Shown here: positions 9,035 through 17,717 of the stretch, one piece after another
How positions within the stretch are numbered: the stretch's first letter is position 1
Layout: every line of letters begins with the position of its first letter
NCBI GenBank assembly: GCA_046331265.1
Contig: JAXLRE010000006.1
Location: 36,010-100,009, forward strand
DNA: 64,000 nucleotides
Reading direction: 5' to 3'
Source of the DNA: Acidimicrobiia bacterium
Lineage (GTDB): Bacteria > Actinomycetota > Acidimicrobiia > IMCC26256 > JAGPDB01
Notes under the pieces: generated by a model
Seen by the model: the letters and a program-made list of their open reading frames with translations, nothing else
What the model was told of the DNA's origin: nothing
Databases searched by the model: none
Translations under genes and position numbers: made by a program

Positions 9035-10312
9035 GTGTTAGATATAGCTAGCGTAGATGACTTCATGCAACCATCACCGGCAAGAAAATTTGCCCCCGAA
9101 CCTGGGTCATGGATCCCCATTGAGTCTCTTTCAAGCCTACCTGAACTTGAAGAACTTCTTGACCCTAAATACCTTGTTGATTCAGGCCAGTCAAGAGCCG
9201 TGAAAGTCGGTGAAGACGGGAATGGTTATGTCTTTGTAGATTCTGAAGCTACCCATGCTCTTGGTCTTGAAAGTGAACAAAAGAAACAAAGAAGTCATAT
9301 GCGCTGGGCTTCTAAAAAGAGAAGCCTCAAACTTAAAAAGCAAGCTAAATTACAAAAGCTTTTTGCCCTGGTGCTAATAGTTCTTATTATTGCTGGAGGT
9401 TCCAGCTACCTTCTTAGAAAAAATGCTCCAGCTACAGAATCTATTGCTTTACAGCCAAAAGTAAGTCCGTTGGTATCTTCATTTTTACCTGTTTCAATAC
9501 CTGTTGTAATTGAAGGTAAACCTTCTTCAATTATTTCAACATCTTCAACTTTAAAAGAATTCGTAACTGAAAACGATCTACAAGATTTAGTTCCTATGCA
9601 GAAAAGCTTTAATCGCTTTAATTATTTAAATAAAAGAACTTTTCCTGATCTTGAATTTCGATATGAAAAAAATATATCTTTAAAAATTGGTAATGAATCG
9701 CAGGCAATTAAAACAACTGATTTAACTGTACAAGAAATTTTAAATTCGAATTCTATTGTTGTTGGCGGTAATGACATTGTTTCGCCAAGTCTTACCTCTC
9801 AAGCATATGGCATAACAGAAGTTTCTGTAACCAGAGTTTCAACATCAACGAGAAGTACTGAAAATACAATTGCATTTAAAACAGAAAAAAGAAACGACCC
9901 TAATTTGACCAGAGGTAAGCAAGTAGTCGCAAGATCCGGAAGTGCAGGAGTCGAGAAAATAACTTACACGCAAACAATTCAAAATGGAGCTGTGGCTTCA
10001 GAAGTTGTTTCATCTAGAGTTGTTATTAAACAGCCAATTAACCAGATAATCAGTATCGGCACAAAGCCTTTAGGCACCCAACAAGGTAATGCTTCATGGT
10101 ACAGCCATATACCAGGAACTTGTGCACATAGAACATTGCCAATGGGAACAATAGTTACTGTGAGAAACAACTCTACAGGCGCAACAACAACATGTAAGGT
10201 TGCAGACCGAGGTCCATTTGGATCTGGACGCATCATTGACCTTTCAAAAGATGTTTTTGCAAATATCGCCCCTACTTCAAAAGGTATTGTAGGAGTGACG
10301 ATTTCTTGGTAA
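9035..10312 (+). CDS. YabE/RpfB-position cell-wall protein: N-terminal cytoplasmic region, TM, DUF348-like region, G5 domain, and a C-terminal RlpA/3D-like double-psi beta-barrel
   Basis: G5-type segment (TEKRNDPNLTRGKQVVARSGSAGVEKITY...) followed by GNASWYS...TCAHRTLPMGTIVTVRN...CKVADRGPFGSGRIIDLS (DPBB). It lies immediately upstream of rsmA. The GTG start is uncertain. Confidence 0.7.
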   Translation: MLDIASVDDFMQPSPARKFAPEPGSWIPIESLSSLPELEELLDPKYLVDSGQSRAVKVGEDGNGYVFVDSEATHALGLESEQKKQRSHMRWASKKRSLKLKKQAKLQKLFALVLIVLIIAGGSSYLLRKNAPATESIALQPKVSPLVSSFLPVSIPVVIEGKPSSIISTSSTLKEFVTENDLQDLVPMQKSFNRFNYLNKRTFPDLEFRYEKNISLKIGNESQAIKTTDLTVQEILNSNSIVVGGNDIVSPSLTSQAYGITEVSVTRVSTSTRSTENTIAFKTEKRNDPNLTRGKQVVARSGSAGVEKITYTQTIQNGAVASEVVSSRVVIKQPINQIISIGTKPLGTQQGNASWYSHIPGTCAHRTLPMGTIVTVRNNSTGATTTCKVADRGPFGSGRIIDLSKDVFANIAPTSKGIVGVTISW

Positions 10313-11178
10313 ACGATATTGTTGAATATAAAGAAGGACTAACAATATCTAATATTAAAAAACTTGAAGAACAATATAATTTTTATCCTTCAAAAGCATT
10401 GGGACAAAATTTTCTTATTGATATTAATATTGCAAAAAAAATATCTAGCTTTATCTCTGGTGAGGGTAACGTAATTGAAATAGGTCCAGGTTTAGGGTCT
10501 CTTACTGTTCAAATAGCAACCGAAAATAGAAACGTTGTTGCTATTGAATATGATAAACATATTCTAAATCCACTGTTAGAAGTATTAAATGGATTTTCCT
10601 TAATGAATTATGTCGAAATCATAAATTCTGATGTTATGAAAGTCGACTTAGAGGAACAGTGTAAAAAATCTCAATCTAAAACGATTGTTGGAAATTTGCC
10701 CTACAATATTTCGGCTCCTCTGATCGCGAACATTTGCAAAGAAGCAACTGGTTGCGAGCATATGGTCGCTATGGTACAGAAAGAGGTTGGGGAGAGGTTA
10801 TGTTCGCCACAGGGGACACGTCAAGTCTCTGCTATCACCTTGAAATGCCAGTTTTTTATGGATATTAAAATGCTATTTCAGGTTCCTAAAACTGCATTTT
10901 ATCCTGCGCCAAATGTTGATTCAGTTGTTATAGAACTTAAGCGAAAGAACAAAAGAGAAGTAGTACTAGATGATTCAGATATTCAATCTTTTTTTAGTTT
11001 GATAGATGCTGCATTTTCACAAAGACGTAAAACATTAAGGCAATCATTAAAAGGGTTTATTGGCGATAAAGTAAAAGACGTGTTGGAAGAAGCACAAGTT
11101 AATTCATCTTGCCGTGCAGAAGAATTAACCTTAAATGATTTTAAAAAAATATTTAAGGCGTACAAAAATGAAAGCTAA
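10306..11178 (+). CDS. rsmA: 16S rRNA (adenine1518/1519-N6)-dimethyltransferase
   Basis: ALGQNFLID..., EIGPGLGSLT (SAM site) and GNLPYNIS motifs. Confidence 0.9.
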   Translation: MVNDIVEYKEGLTISNIKKLEEQYNFYPSKALGQNFLIDINIAKKISSFISGEGNVIEIGPGLGSLTVQIATENRNVVAIEYDKHILNPLLEVLNGFSLMNYVEIINSDVMKVDLEEQCKKSQSKTIVGNLPYNISAPLIANICKEATGCEHMVAMVQKEVGERLCSPQGTRQVSAITLKCQFFMDIKMLFQVPKTAFYPAPNVDSVVIELKRKNKREVVLDDSDIQSFFSLIDAAFSQRRKTLRQSLKGFIGDKVKDVLEEAQVNSSCRAEELTLNDFKKIFKAYKNES

Positions 11179-12031
11179 AGCTAAATTAACTCTAAATTTA
11201 AACATTGAAGACAAGAGGGAAGACGGGTTTAATAACCTCAAGGCGTTGACAGTATTTTTAAATGATATTTATGACGAACTAACTATAAAAATTGATTCTG
11301 ATAATGTTAAGAAACTTAGCATTGAACCAAATAACAATTCGCTAATTGATGGGGACGACAATTTAATATTAAAAGCCTTTAATATATTCTTAGACAAGCT
11401 AGAAAATGAAGAACATAAAGCTCTCATGGAAGGAATTAGCTTTATAGTTAATAAGCAAATTCCAGTATCGGCAGGTTTAGGCGGCGGATCAGCTGATGCA
11501 GCGGCGACTTTAATTCAACTAAATCATTTAACTGATAACTATTTCGACATTGCTTACCTTGCCAAATTGGGTTCAGAAATTGGGAGTGATATACCTGCTT
11601 GTGTCTATTCAAATGCGCTCTGGATGCAAGGAAGAGGAGAAATAATCAACTTAATTAGTGATTTTGATACAGGTGATCTTAAGGTTTTAGTTATTACTCC
11701 AAATATATATTGTTCAACTCCGCAAGTGTTTAAGCACTACGATGAAATCGGACGACCAAAAGATTCAGGTATGCTTGAAAAGTCGTTAGATAAATATATA
11801 CCTAAATTAAGCAACGACTTATCTTTAGCAGCATATGATTTATATCCAGAACTAAATCAATTCAAAAATAAATTGGATTTAATAACAAATTATTCATGGA
11901 ATCTTGCTGGCTCAGGATCAACATTATTTGCATTAGGTAATGAACAAGAATTGTCAGTTTTTCAAAACGAAATTAATAATCAGTTCTCTAATGAAATGAT
12001 AAGACTAAATGCAATTAGCTCTTTTATATAG
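11168..12031 (+). CDS. ispE: 4-diphosphocytidyl-2-C-methyl-D-erythritol kinase
   Basis: KAKAKLTLNLNI N-terminus and the GHMP kinase motif IPVSAGLGGGSADAAA. The ATG at 11168 is preferred over the upstream alternative start at 11135. Confidence 0.9.
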   Translation: MKAKAKLTLNLNIEDKREDGFNNLKALTVFLNDIYDELTIKIDSDNVKKLSIEPNNNSLIDGDDNLILKAFNIFLDKLENEEHKALMEGISFIVNKQIPVSAGLGGGSADAAATLIQLNHLTDNYFDIAYLAKLGSEIGSDIPACVYSNALWMQGRGEIINLISDFDTGDLKVLVITPNIYCSTPQVFKHYDEIGRPKDSGMLEKSLDKYIPKLSNDLSLAAYDLYPELNQFKNKLDLITNYSWNLAGSGSTLFALGNEQELSVFQNEINNQFSNEMIRLNAISSFI

Positions 12032-12036
12032 AAAAG

Positions 12037-12056
12037 GAAAGTAGTTTTACTTTCCT
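12037..12056. terminator. Short AT-rich hairpin between convergent ispE and the bS22 gene (possible bidirectional terminator)
   Basis: GGAAAGTA-GTTT-TACTTTCC, an 8-bp stem that overlaps the bS22 stop codon. Confidence 0.3.
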
Positions 12057-12149
12057 TGTTGACGACGCTGCCAACGTGTTTTCTTAAGAAGCTTCTTGTG
12101 CTTCTTTTTTCTCATTCTTTTGCGTCGTTTTTTAATTAGTGAACCCATG
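12048..12149 (-). CDS. Actinobacteria-specific 30S ribosomal protein bS22 (33 aa: MGSLIKKRRKRMRKKKHKKLLKKTRWQRRQQGK)
   Basis: Hand translation: ATG at 12147-12149, TAA at 12048-12050. It is near-identical in pattern to mycobacterial bS22 as I recall it (MGSVIKKRRKRM.KKKHRKLL..TR.QRR..GK). Not in the ORF track because it is too short. Confidence 0.8.
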
Positions 12150-12277
12150 AAGGCAACAAAACTAGTTCGACTAAGAGGTATTTTTCCAACCGAGCAGTGG
12201 TTTTTGGCAACTAAATCTAAATTTTCAACTATTTGGTTCAGTTACTGAGGGCACTGTCCGCTAAAATTTACTGTCCT

Positions 12278-12349
12278 TCGGGGATGGTGTAATCGGCAAC
12301 ACTTCAGTTTTTGGTACTGACATTCAAGGTTCGAGTCCTTGTCCCCGAG
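12278..12349 (+). tRNA. tRNA-Gln (anticodon UUG)
   Basis: The cloverleaf folds by hand: acceptor TCGGGGA/TCCCCGA, D-stem GTGT/ACAC, anticodon stem TCAGT/ACTGA with loop TTTTGGT, T-arm CAAGG-TTCGAGT-CCTTG. No CCA is encoded. Confidence 0.9.
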
Positions 12350-12355
12350 CTTTAT

Positions 12356-12991
12356 TTAAAAAAGTCGTTTGAAAAATTCAACGACAACTGCACCAAACCC
12401 TATTGAAAGTATTGATCCAAGAGTTCCTATTGCTGCACCTGCAATAACAATGAACATATCTCCCAAAATAACACCTAATGATATTCCTAGTACCCCGATT
12501 GACGGCAATGTATCTAGGCCTGAAAATGGGGGTGCAACAAATGCAACGATGCTCAACAGTAAAACTGAGATACCAAAAAGTGTTCTAAAAATTCTCGTAT
12601 CTATTGTTTTACTCATTCTTGGCTTGGAAAATCTTTCAATTTTTTTCACAATTTTGATGAGCCTAGGAAGGGTAAGTTTCAGCATTTTTTCGCCGAGCTC
12701 TTTGTTGCGCCAGCGTTTTGGTAGCCAAATTGTTGATCTCTGGGCTATTAGTTCTAGAGCTAGCAGCATTGCAATAATTTCAAATACATGAGTAACACCA
12801 CCTGTAGGCAGTGGTAGAGCTGGTATTGACAATAATAGAAAGAAAGCTAGTGCAAAACTTTTTTCATCAAATATTTCTTCAAGTCCAGCAATTGTTTTTT
12901 TCTCAGGTGAATCAAGCCAACTTTGGAGTTGCTCAGAAAAAATAATTTCTTCTCGTTCTTTCTTTTCTTTATCTTTACTCGTCGACATCAT
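12356..12991 (-). CDS. ExoD-family membrane protein
   Basis: FDEKSFALAFFLLLSIPALPLPTGGVTHVFEIIAMLLALELIAQRSTIWLPKRW matches the ExoD family core. It has 4-5 TM helices. Confidence 0.6.
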   Translation of the reverse strand: MMSTSKDKEKKEREEIIFSEQLQSWLDSPEKKTIAGLEEIFDEKSFALAFFLLLSIPALPLPTGGVTHVFEIIAMLLALELIAQRSTIWLPKRWRNKELGEKMLKLTLPRLIKIVKKIERFSKPRMSKTIDTRIFRTLFGISVLLLSIVAFVAPPFSGLDTLPSIGVLGISLGVILGDMFIVIAGAAIGTLGSILSIGFGAVVVEFFKRLF

Positions 12992-13622
12992 TAAACAATC
13001 TATTAGTAGTTTTCACTTTAGATCGACCTGAACGAGTTCTTTTGAGTTCATAGAATTCTGAACAAGCAGCGAACTTTGCAAGACCATCGAATAATTCAAG
13101 ACCAAGTTCTTTTTCTGGTAGTTTTGATAGTACAGGTCCAAAAAAGCCTTGTTTTTCGCCTTTTTCATTTTCAAATATTATTAGAGGTACTCCTACATCG
13201 TCACCAACAATGGATATGGCTTGATTAATATTTGACTGTAAAGAGACGTCTAGTTCTTTGTTGTTACCTTGCTCAATATATTTAGGATCTAAATTTAATT
13301 TCTCTATTACTTTTTCTATGAAGTTATCGTCATCTAGCTTGCTGTTCAGATGATATGCATAGCCAAACTCAGTGTATAAAAGTCCTCTGTCTATGTTTTC
13401 AGCTTTAGCGATTGCTTCAATGATTCTGAGTACTTGATGTGATGTAGTGTGCGCTTCTAAATGGCCAGTAGTGTCGTTTCCTGTGAGCTCATCATTCTTC
13501 ATAGCTAGCGAGAAACCAATCCAATTAATATTGAGATCTCGTTCTGTTGATACTTCACAGAGCCAGCGGCTTGTAATCCAACACCAAGGACAACTTGGAT
13601 CAAAATAAAAATCGATATTCAT
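12975..13622 (-). CDS. DsbA-like thioredoxin-fold oxidoreductase of the mycobacterial Rv2466c (mycoredoxin-2-like) type
   Basis: The N-terminus FYFDPSCPWCWITSRWL (CPWC active site) resembles the Rv2466c family. It overlaps the downstream ExoD gene by 17 nt, so they probably form an operon. Confidence 0.65.
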   Translation of the reverse strand: MNIDFYFDPSCPWCWITSRWLCEVSTERDLNINWIGFSLAMKNDELTGNDTTGHLEAHTTSHQVLRIIEAIAKAENIDRGLLYTEFGYAYHLNSKLDDDNFIEKVIEKLNLDPKYIEQGNNKELDVSLQSNINQAISIVGDDVGVPLIIFENEKGEKQGFFGPVLSKLPEKELGLELFDGLAKFAACSEFYELKRTRSGRSKVKTTNRLFNDVDE

Positions 13623-13669
13623 TAATTTATTATAGATAGGTATTTTGGATTTACTAGTACGATATATGT

Positions 13670-14542
13670 ATGTCCAAAATTATTCTAGAAAATGTTACAA
13701 AAACATTTAAAGAAAAGATTGCATTGGACAAAGTCAGTCTTTCAATTCCCCCAGGTGAGATCTTTGGTTTTTTAGGTCCTAATGGTGCAGGCAAATCGAC
13801 AACCATTAGATGCATAATGGGATTTATATATCCTGATACAGGAAATATTTTTGTTAATAAAGAAAAAGTCGACAAAAATAATTCAAATTATCGACAGATT
13901 ATTGGGTACGTTCCATCTGATTTACATTTAAACGATGATTGGACAGCATCCCAGCATCTTGAATTCATATCTAGTTCAAGAAATGTTAATTTAAATGTCG
14001 GTTCCTTAATTGAACGATTAAATCTGGAGCTTGACACTAAATCTAAACATTTATCGACAGGGAACCGTCAGAAACTCGGATTTTTATTGGCCTTATGTGT
14101 CGAACCCGAAGTTCTTATATTAGATGAGCCGACAAAAGGTTTAGACCCAATATTGCAAGAAGCAATGTATGAAATACTTCTTGAATTTAAAAATAATGGT
14201 GGAAGTGTCTTTTTCTCATCACATAATTTAAATGAGGTCGAAAGGATCTGCGACAGAGTCGGAATAATCAGAAAAGGACAGATAGTTGCTAATGAAACTA
14301 TTAACGATCTAAGAGGTAAAAAAATACATATTGTAAAGGCGTCGTTTATTGATGAGGAAGTGCCTGATTTTTCAAAGTTTTCAAGCAAAATAATTGTTAA
14401 TGACAAACAAGTTGAAGTTCACATAGAAGGCGACCTCAATTCGATTGTAAGAGAAATTTCAAAACATAATATTGCTGATCTGACGATTGAGCATGCAAGT
14501 CTAGAAGATGTATTCCTTCATTTTTATGAGGATAAAAAATGA
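13670..14542 (+). CDS. ABC transporter ATP-binding protein (ABC-2 exporter type)
   Basis: Walker A GPNGAGKST, signature LSTGNRQK, Walker B LILDEPT. Confidence 0.9.
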   Translation: MSKIILENVTKTFKEKIALDKVSLSIPPGEIFGFLGPNGAGKSTTIRCIMGFIYPDTGNIFVNKEKVDKNNSNYRQIIGYVPSDLHLNDDWTASQHLEFISSSRNVNLNVGSLIERLNLELDTKSKHLSTGNRQKLGFLLALCVEPEVLILDEPTKGLDPILQEAMYEILLEFKNNGGSVFFSSHNLNEVERICDRVGIIRKGQIVANETINDLRGKKIHIVKASFIDEEVPDFSKFSSKIIVNDKQVEVHIEGDLNSIVREISKHNIADLTIEHASLEDVFLHFYEDKK

Positions 14543-15342
14543 AGTCTTTAATTATTCGTGAGTTTAAAAGAAATAAAACTTCATTCATTATCTACTGTGT
14601 TATTGCTGTCGCATTCGTATGGATGTATGTTGCTCTTTTCCCATCTATTGCTGCGCAGTCAAAACAGTTAGATAAGTTATTGAAATCATTTCCGGATACC
14701 ATTATGAAAGCATTTGGTGTTGATAAAACAGGCTTTAATTCAGTTGAAAAATATTTAGCTACAGAATTGATGAGTATCTTGTGGCCAATAATCGCAATAG
14801 TTTTGTGTCTTTCTCGAGGTGGATCGACGATTGCAGGAGATATTGAAAACAAAACTATTGGTTTAGAGCTTTCTTTACCTGTAAGTCGAATTAAATTGTT
14901 TTTTGCAAAGTTTATTGGGACTTGGCTTTCAGTAACATTGTTTAGCTTCGTTTCTATTTTGTCAATTATTCCTATATGTATGGCATATTCTATTGATGTT
15001 CATGTGGAAAATATATTTACTCTTTTTCTTTTAACATTGCTTTTTTCAACTTCCTTATTGTGTGTGACAATCGCGTTTTCAGCGTTCTTTTCAGAAAAAG
15101 GAAAGGTATATTTTTCAGTTGGAGCTGTATTGCTCATCTCGTATGCTATTAATATTTTCGCGTTACTAAGTAAAACATTTTCATTTTTGAAATATGGTTC
15201 AATATTTCATTATTTTGATACTTTAAGCGCTTTATCTGATAGCAAGATAAGCATTTCTTCACTTATCTTCTTTATCGCAGTTACTCTCATATCTTTACCA
15301 ATTGGAGTAACTACTTTTAAGAATCGAGATATTTCGATCTAA
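14539..15342 (+). CDS. ABC-2 type transporter permease
   Basis: 267 aa, 6 TM helices; 4-nt overlap with the upstream ATPase gene. Confidence 0.75.
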   Translation: MKSLIIREFKRNKTSFIIYCVIAVAFVWMYVALFPSIAAQSKQLDKLLKSFPDTIMKAFGVDKTGFNSVEKYLATELMSILWPIIAIVLCLSRGGSTIAGDIENKTIGLELSLPVSRIKLFFAKFIGTWLSVTLFSFVSILSIIPICMAYSIDVHVENIFTLFLLTLLFSTSLLCVTIAFSAFFSEKGKVYFSVGAVLLISYAINIFALLSKTFSFLKYGSIFHYFDTLSALSDSKISISSLIFFIAVTLISLPIGVTTFKNRDISI

Positions 15343-15357
15343 CCAATAAATAGATAA

Positions 15358-15380
15358 TTCAGCTAAATTTCAGTAAATAT
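15358..15380 (+). promoter_or_regulatory. Candidate OmpR-type direct-repeat operator upstream of the response regulator gene
   Basis: TTCAGCTAAAT-TTCAGTAAATAT: TCAG cores spaced 11 bp apart, followed by TACAAT (15384-15389) just before the GTG start. A related site lies at 17122-17144. Confidence 0.3.
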
Positions 15381-15395
15381 AGCTACAATTTTGAT

Positions 15396-16076
15396 GTGAA
15401 GATATTAGTTGTTGAAGATGAGCCTAAATTAGTTCGTATTATGACGTCTGGGCTTAAGTTACAAGGCTGGACTAGCCAGAATGCAACAACGGCTCAAGAT
15501 GCTATCGAATTTTTAAAATATGAATCATTTGACGTTGTTCTTTTAGATCGCATGCTAGAAGATGGCAGCGATGGTATGGAAGTTTGTGATTACATGAGGA
15601 AACACAACTTTGAATCACCTATTTTATTTTTAAGCGCAAAAAATGAGATCGAAGATCGAATTGGAGGATTGAATGCTGGAGCAGATGATTATCTAGGGAA
15701 ACCCTTCGACATGAACGAATTATATGCACGCGTTCGAGCGTTGATCCGGCGTCCCGCATCAACGATTGGGCCTATTTATAAATCGGGTGAGATCCAAATT
15801 GATCTTACAAAGAAAACAATGAAGATTGGACCCAATGATATTGAACTTACTAAGAAGGAATTTTCTTTAATTGAATATCTAGTATCGAATAAAGGTTTAA
15901 TACTTTCAAAAGAGCAAATAATTAATCACGTATGGGAATACGAGTCTGACATACTCCCAAACACTGTTGAAGCGACTGTAAAAAATATTAGAAATAAAAT
16001 TAAGAAGTACTCAAACAATGAAAAACTAATTTCAACTGTTAGAGGTTTTGGATATAAATTAACAGAGCAGGAATAA
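15396..16076 (+). CDS. OmpR-family response regulator
   Basis: Receiver domain (VLLDRMLEDGSDG, phospho-Asp context) plus a winged-helix C-terminus (LTKKEFSLIEYL...RGFGYKL). Confidence 0.9.
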   Translation: MKILVVEDEPKLVRIMTSGLKLQGWTSQNATTAQDAIEFLKYESFDVVLLDRMLEDGSDGMEVCDYMRKHNFESPILFLSAKNEIEDRIGGLNAGADDYLGKPFDMNELYARVRALIRRPASTIGPIYKSGEIQIDLTKKTMKIGPNDIELTKKEFSLIEYLVSNKGLILSKEQIINHVWEYESDILPNTVEATVKNIRNKIKKYSNNEKLISTVRGFGYKLTEQE

Positions 16077-16077
16077 A

Positions 16078-17103
16078 ATGTTTAAGTCTGCAACCATAAA
16101 GTTAACCCTGTTTTATACTGCTGCTATTTTCTTAGTTTGTTTGGTTTTTTCTATATCGATATATGCATTAGCTTCGAGCAGAGTAGAAAATGAAGCCAGG
16201 AAACAAGAAACAATATTTAGAGAATATAATCAAGCTAACAATCCCAGCGCGCAGCCACCCCGATCAGATGATCCTGGTGATGACATAAGAGATCGTATTA
16301 GGGTACAAATTAAATCTGATCGTAAAGGATTGTTATCTAACATAGTTATGGTTGATTTCGTTTTGATTTCCTTTGGGGCCATAGCAAGTTATTATTTTGC
16401 ACGGAAAACTTTGTATCCGATAAGTGTCTCGATGGAAAAACAAAAGCAATTTACTTCTAATGCAAGCCACGAACTTCGTACGCCTTTGAGTGTCATGAAA
16501 GCTGAAATTGGACTAGCGCTTGACCAGAAGCTTAATGCCGAAGAAATGAAAGAAGTTCTTAAATCAAATATGGAGGAAATTGATCGACTTACAGATCTTT
16601 CTGACCAACTTCTATTACTTACTTCTATTGATAAAAATTCAATTGAAATGGAAAAGGTAAACTTATCTGAAATTGTTAATGCTCAAATAAAGACATTCAG
16701 TACAAATTCGAAGTTAAAGTTCGTAGCAAATATAGATGACAATATATATGTATATGGTAATTCCCGACTCTTGGAAAATTATTTAAAAATACTTTTAGAG
16801 AATGCTTTAACATATACAAAAAAAGATCAACCAGAAGTAAAAGTAATTTTAAGAAAAAATTCAAATAACTCATGTACGCTTTCTGTTGAAGATAACGGTG
16901 TGGGTATAGCCCAAGAGGACCTATCAAAAATATTCGATCGATTCTACAGATCAAAATCAGCAAATAAAATAAGTCGTAAAGGACACGGATTGGGTCTATC
17001 TATAGCTTCCGAAATTGCTAAGAAACATTCCTCAATTATTGCTGTTAAATCAGAATTAGATACATACACCATATTTTCAATGGATTTAAGGTGTTATGAA
17101 TAA
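16078..17103 (+). CDS. Sensor histidine kinase (HisKA + HATPase_c)
   Basis: H-box SHELRTPL, N-box LENALTY, G-boxes DNGVGI and GHGLGLSI; two TM segments. Confidence 0.9.
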   Translation: MFKSATIKLTLFYTAAIFLVCLVFSISIYALASSRVENEARKQETIFREYNQANNPSAQPPRSDDPGDDIRDRIRVQIKSDRKGLLSNIVMVDFVLISFGAIASYYFARKTLYPISVSMEKQKQFTSNASHELRTPLSVMKAEIGLALDQKLNAEEMKEVLKSNMEEIDRLTDLSDQLLLLTSIDKNSIEMEKVNLSEIVNAQIKTFSTNSKLKFVANIDDNIYVYGNSRLLENYLKILLENALTYTKKDQPEVKVILRKNSNNSCTLSVEDNGVGIAQEDLSKIFDRFYRSKSANKISRKGHGLGLSIASEIAKKHSSIIAVKSELDTYTIFSMDLRCYE

Positions 17104-17121
17104 TTTTAAAAATTGATGTTT

Positions 17122-17144
17122 TTCAGCTACAAATCAGTTTGAAA
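17122..17144 (+). promoter_or_regulatory. Second copy of the candidate OmpR-type direct-repeat operator
   Basis: TTCAGCTACAA-ATCAGTTTGAAAT. It shares the TTCAGCTA 8-mer and a TCAGT core 11 bp downstream with the site at 15358-15380. Confidence 0.3.
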
Positions 17145-17181
17145 TGCGATATTGATTTCAAAAGATGTAAAAGGAGATCTT

Positions 17182-17712
17182 ATGAAAGACAAAAAGTTAC
17201 TGTTAGCAATAGGTGCATCAGTGCTATCGACATTATTTTTGGTTGCTATAGCATTCTTTGCTTTTAACGCAAACCATATCGGCGACCGGCGTAATGATAT
17301 TCGACCGGGCCGACCAATGGCATTTAAGCAACAAAGGCCAAAGTTAAATGCTTCTCAAATTAAAAAGATGCAAGCACAGCAGAAAGTCGACTTAGTAGCT
17401 CATCTCGATCAACTGGTTAAAGATTCAAAAATAACAACTGATCAAAAAACAAAGATTGTAGAATTTTTCGACGCAAACTTACCTAAATTGAAACAAAATC
17501 AAACAGAAGCACAACGTCATGCTGCTGTGGATTCATTTAAAACAAAATTAGATGATTTTGCAAAACAAAACAACATAGACGTAACTCTTCTTCAACCTCA
17601 AATGAGAATACATCAAAGTCCAGAAGGAGATCATGACAATCGAGGTCCGGGTGGAGATTTTGATCGCCAGGGACCTAGAGGGGGATTCGATCACGAGGAT
17701 GGAGATCGCTAA
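17182..17712 (+). CDS. Membrane-anchored helical protein with a Gly/Asp/Arg-rich C-terminus (function unknown)
   Basis: ATG at 17182 with an AAGGAG RBS, an N-terminal TM or signal anchor, and a position directly downstream of the two-component genes. Confidence 0.5.
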   Translation: MKDKKLLLAIGASVLSTLFLVAIAFFAFNANHIGDRRNDIRPGRPMAFKQQRPKLNASQIKKMQAQQKVDLVAHLDQLVKDSKITTDQKTKIVEFFDANLPKLKQNQTEAQRHAAVDSFKTKLDDFAKQNNIDVTLLQPQMRIHQSPEGDHDNRGPGGDFDRQGPRGGFDHEDGDR

Positions 17713-17717
17713 CTAAT

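Noticed and set aside
17152-17181. Upstream alternative start for the 17152-17712 ORF
   Set aside because: The ATG at 17182 is preceded by a strong AAGGAG RBS and begins a typical signal or anchor sequence (MKDKKLLLAIGA...). The extra 10 codons have no support.
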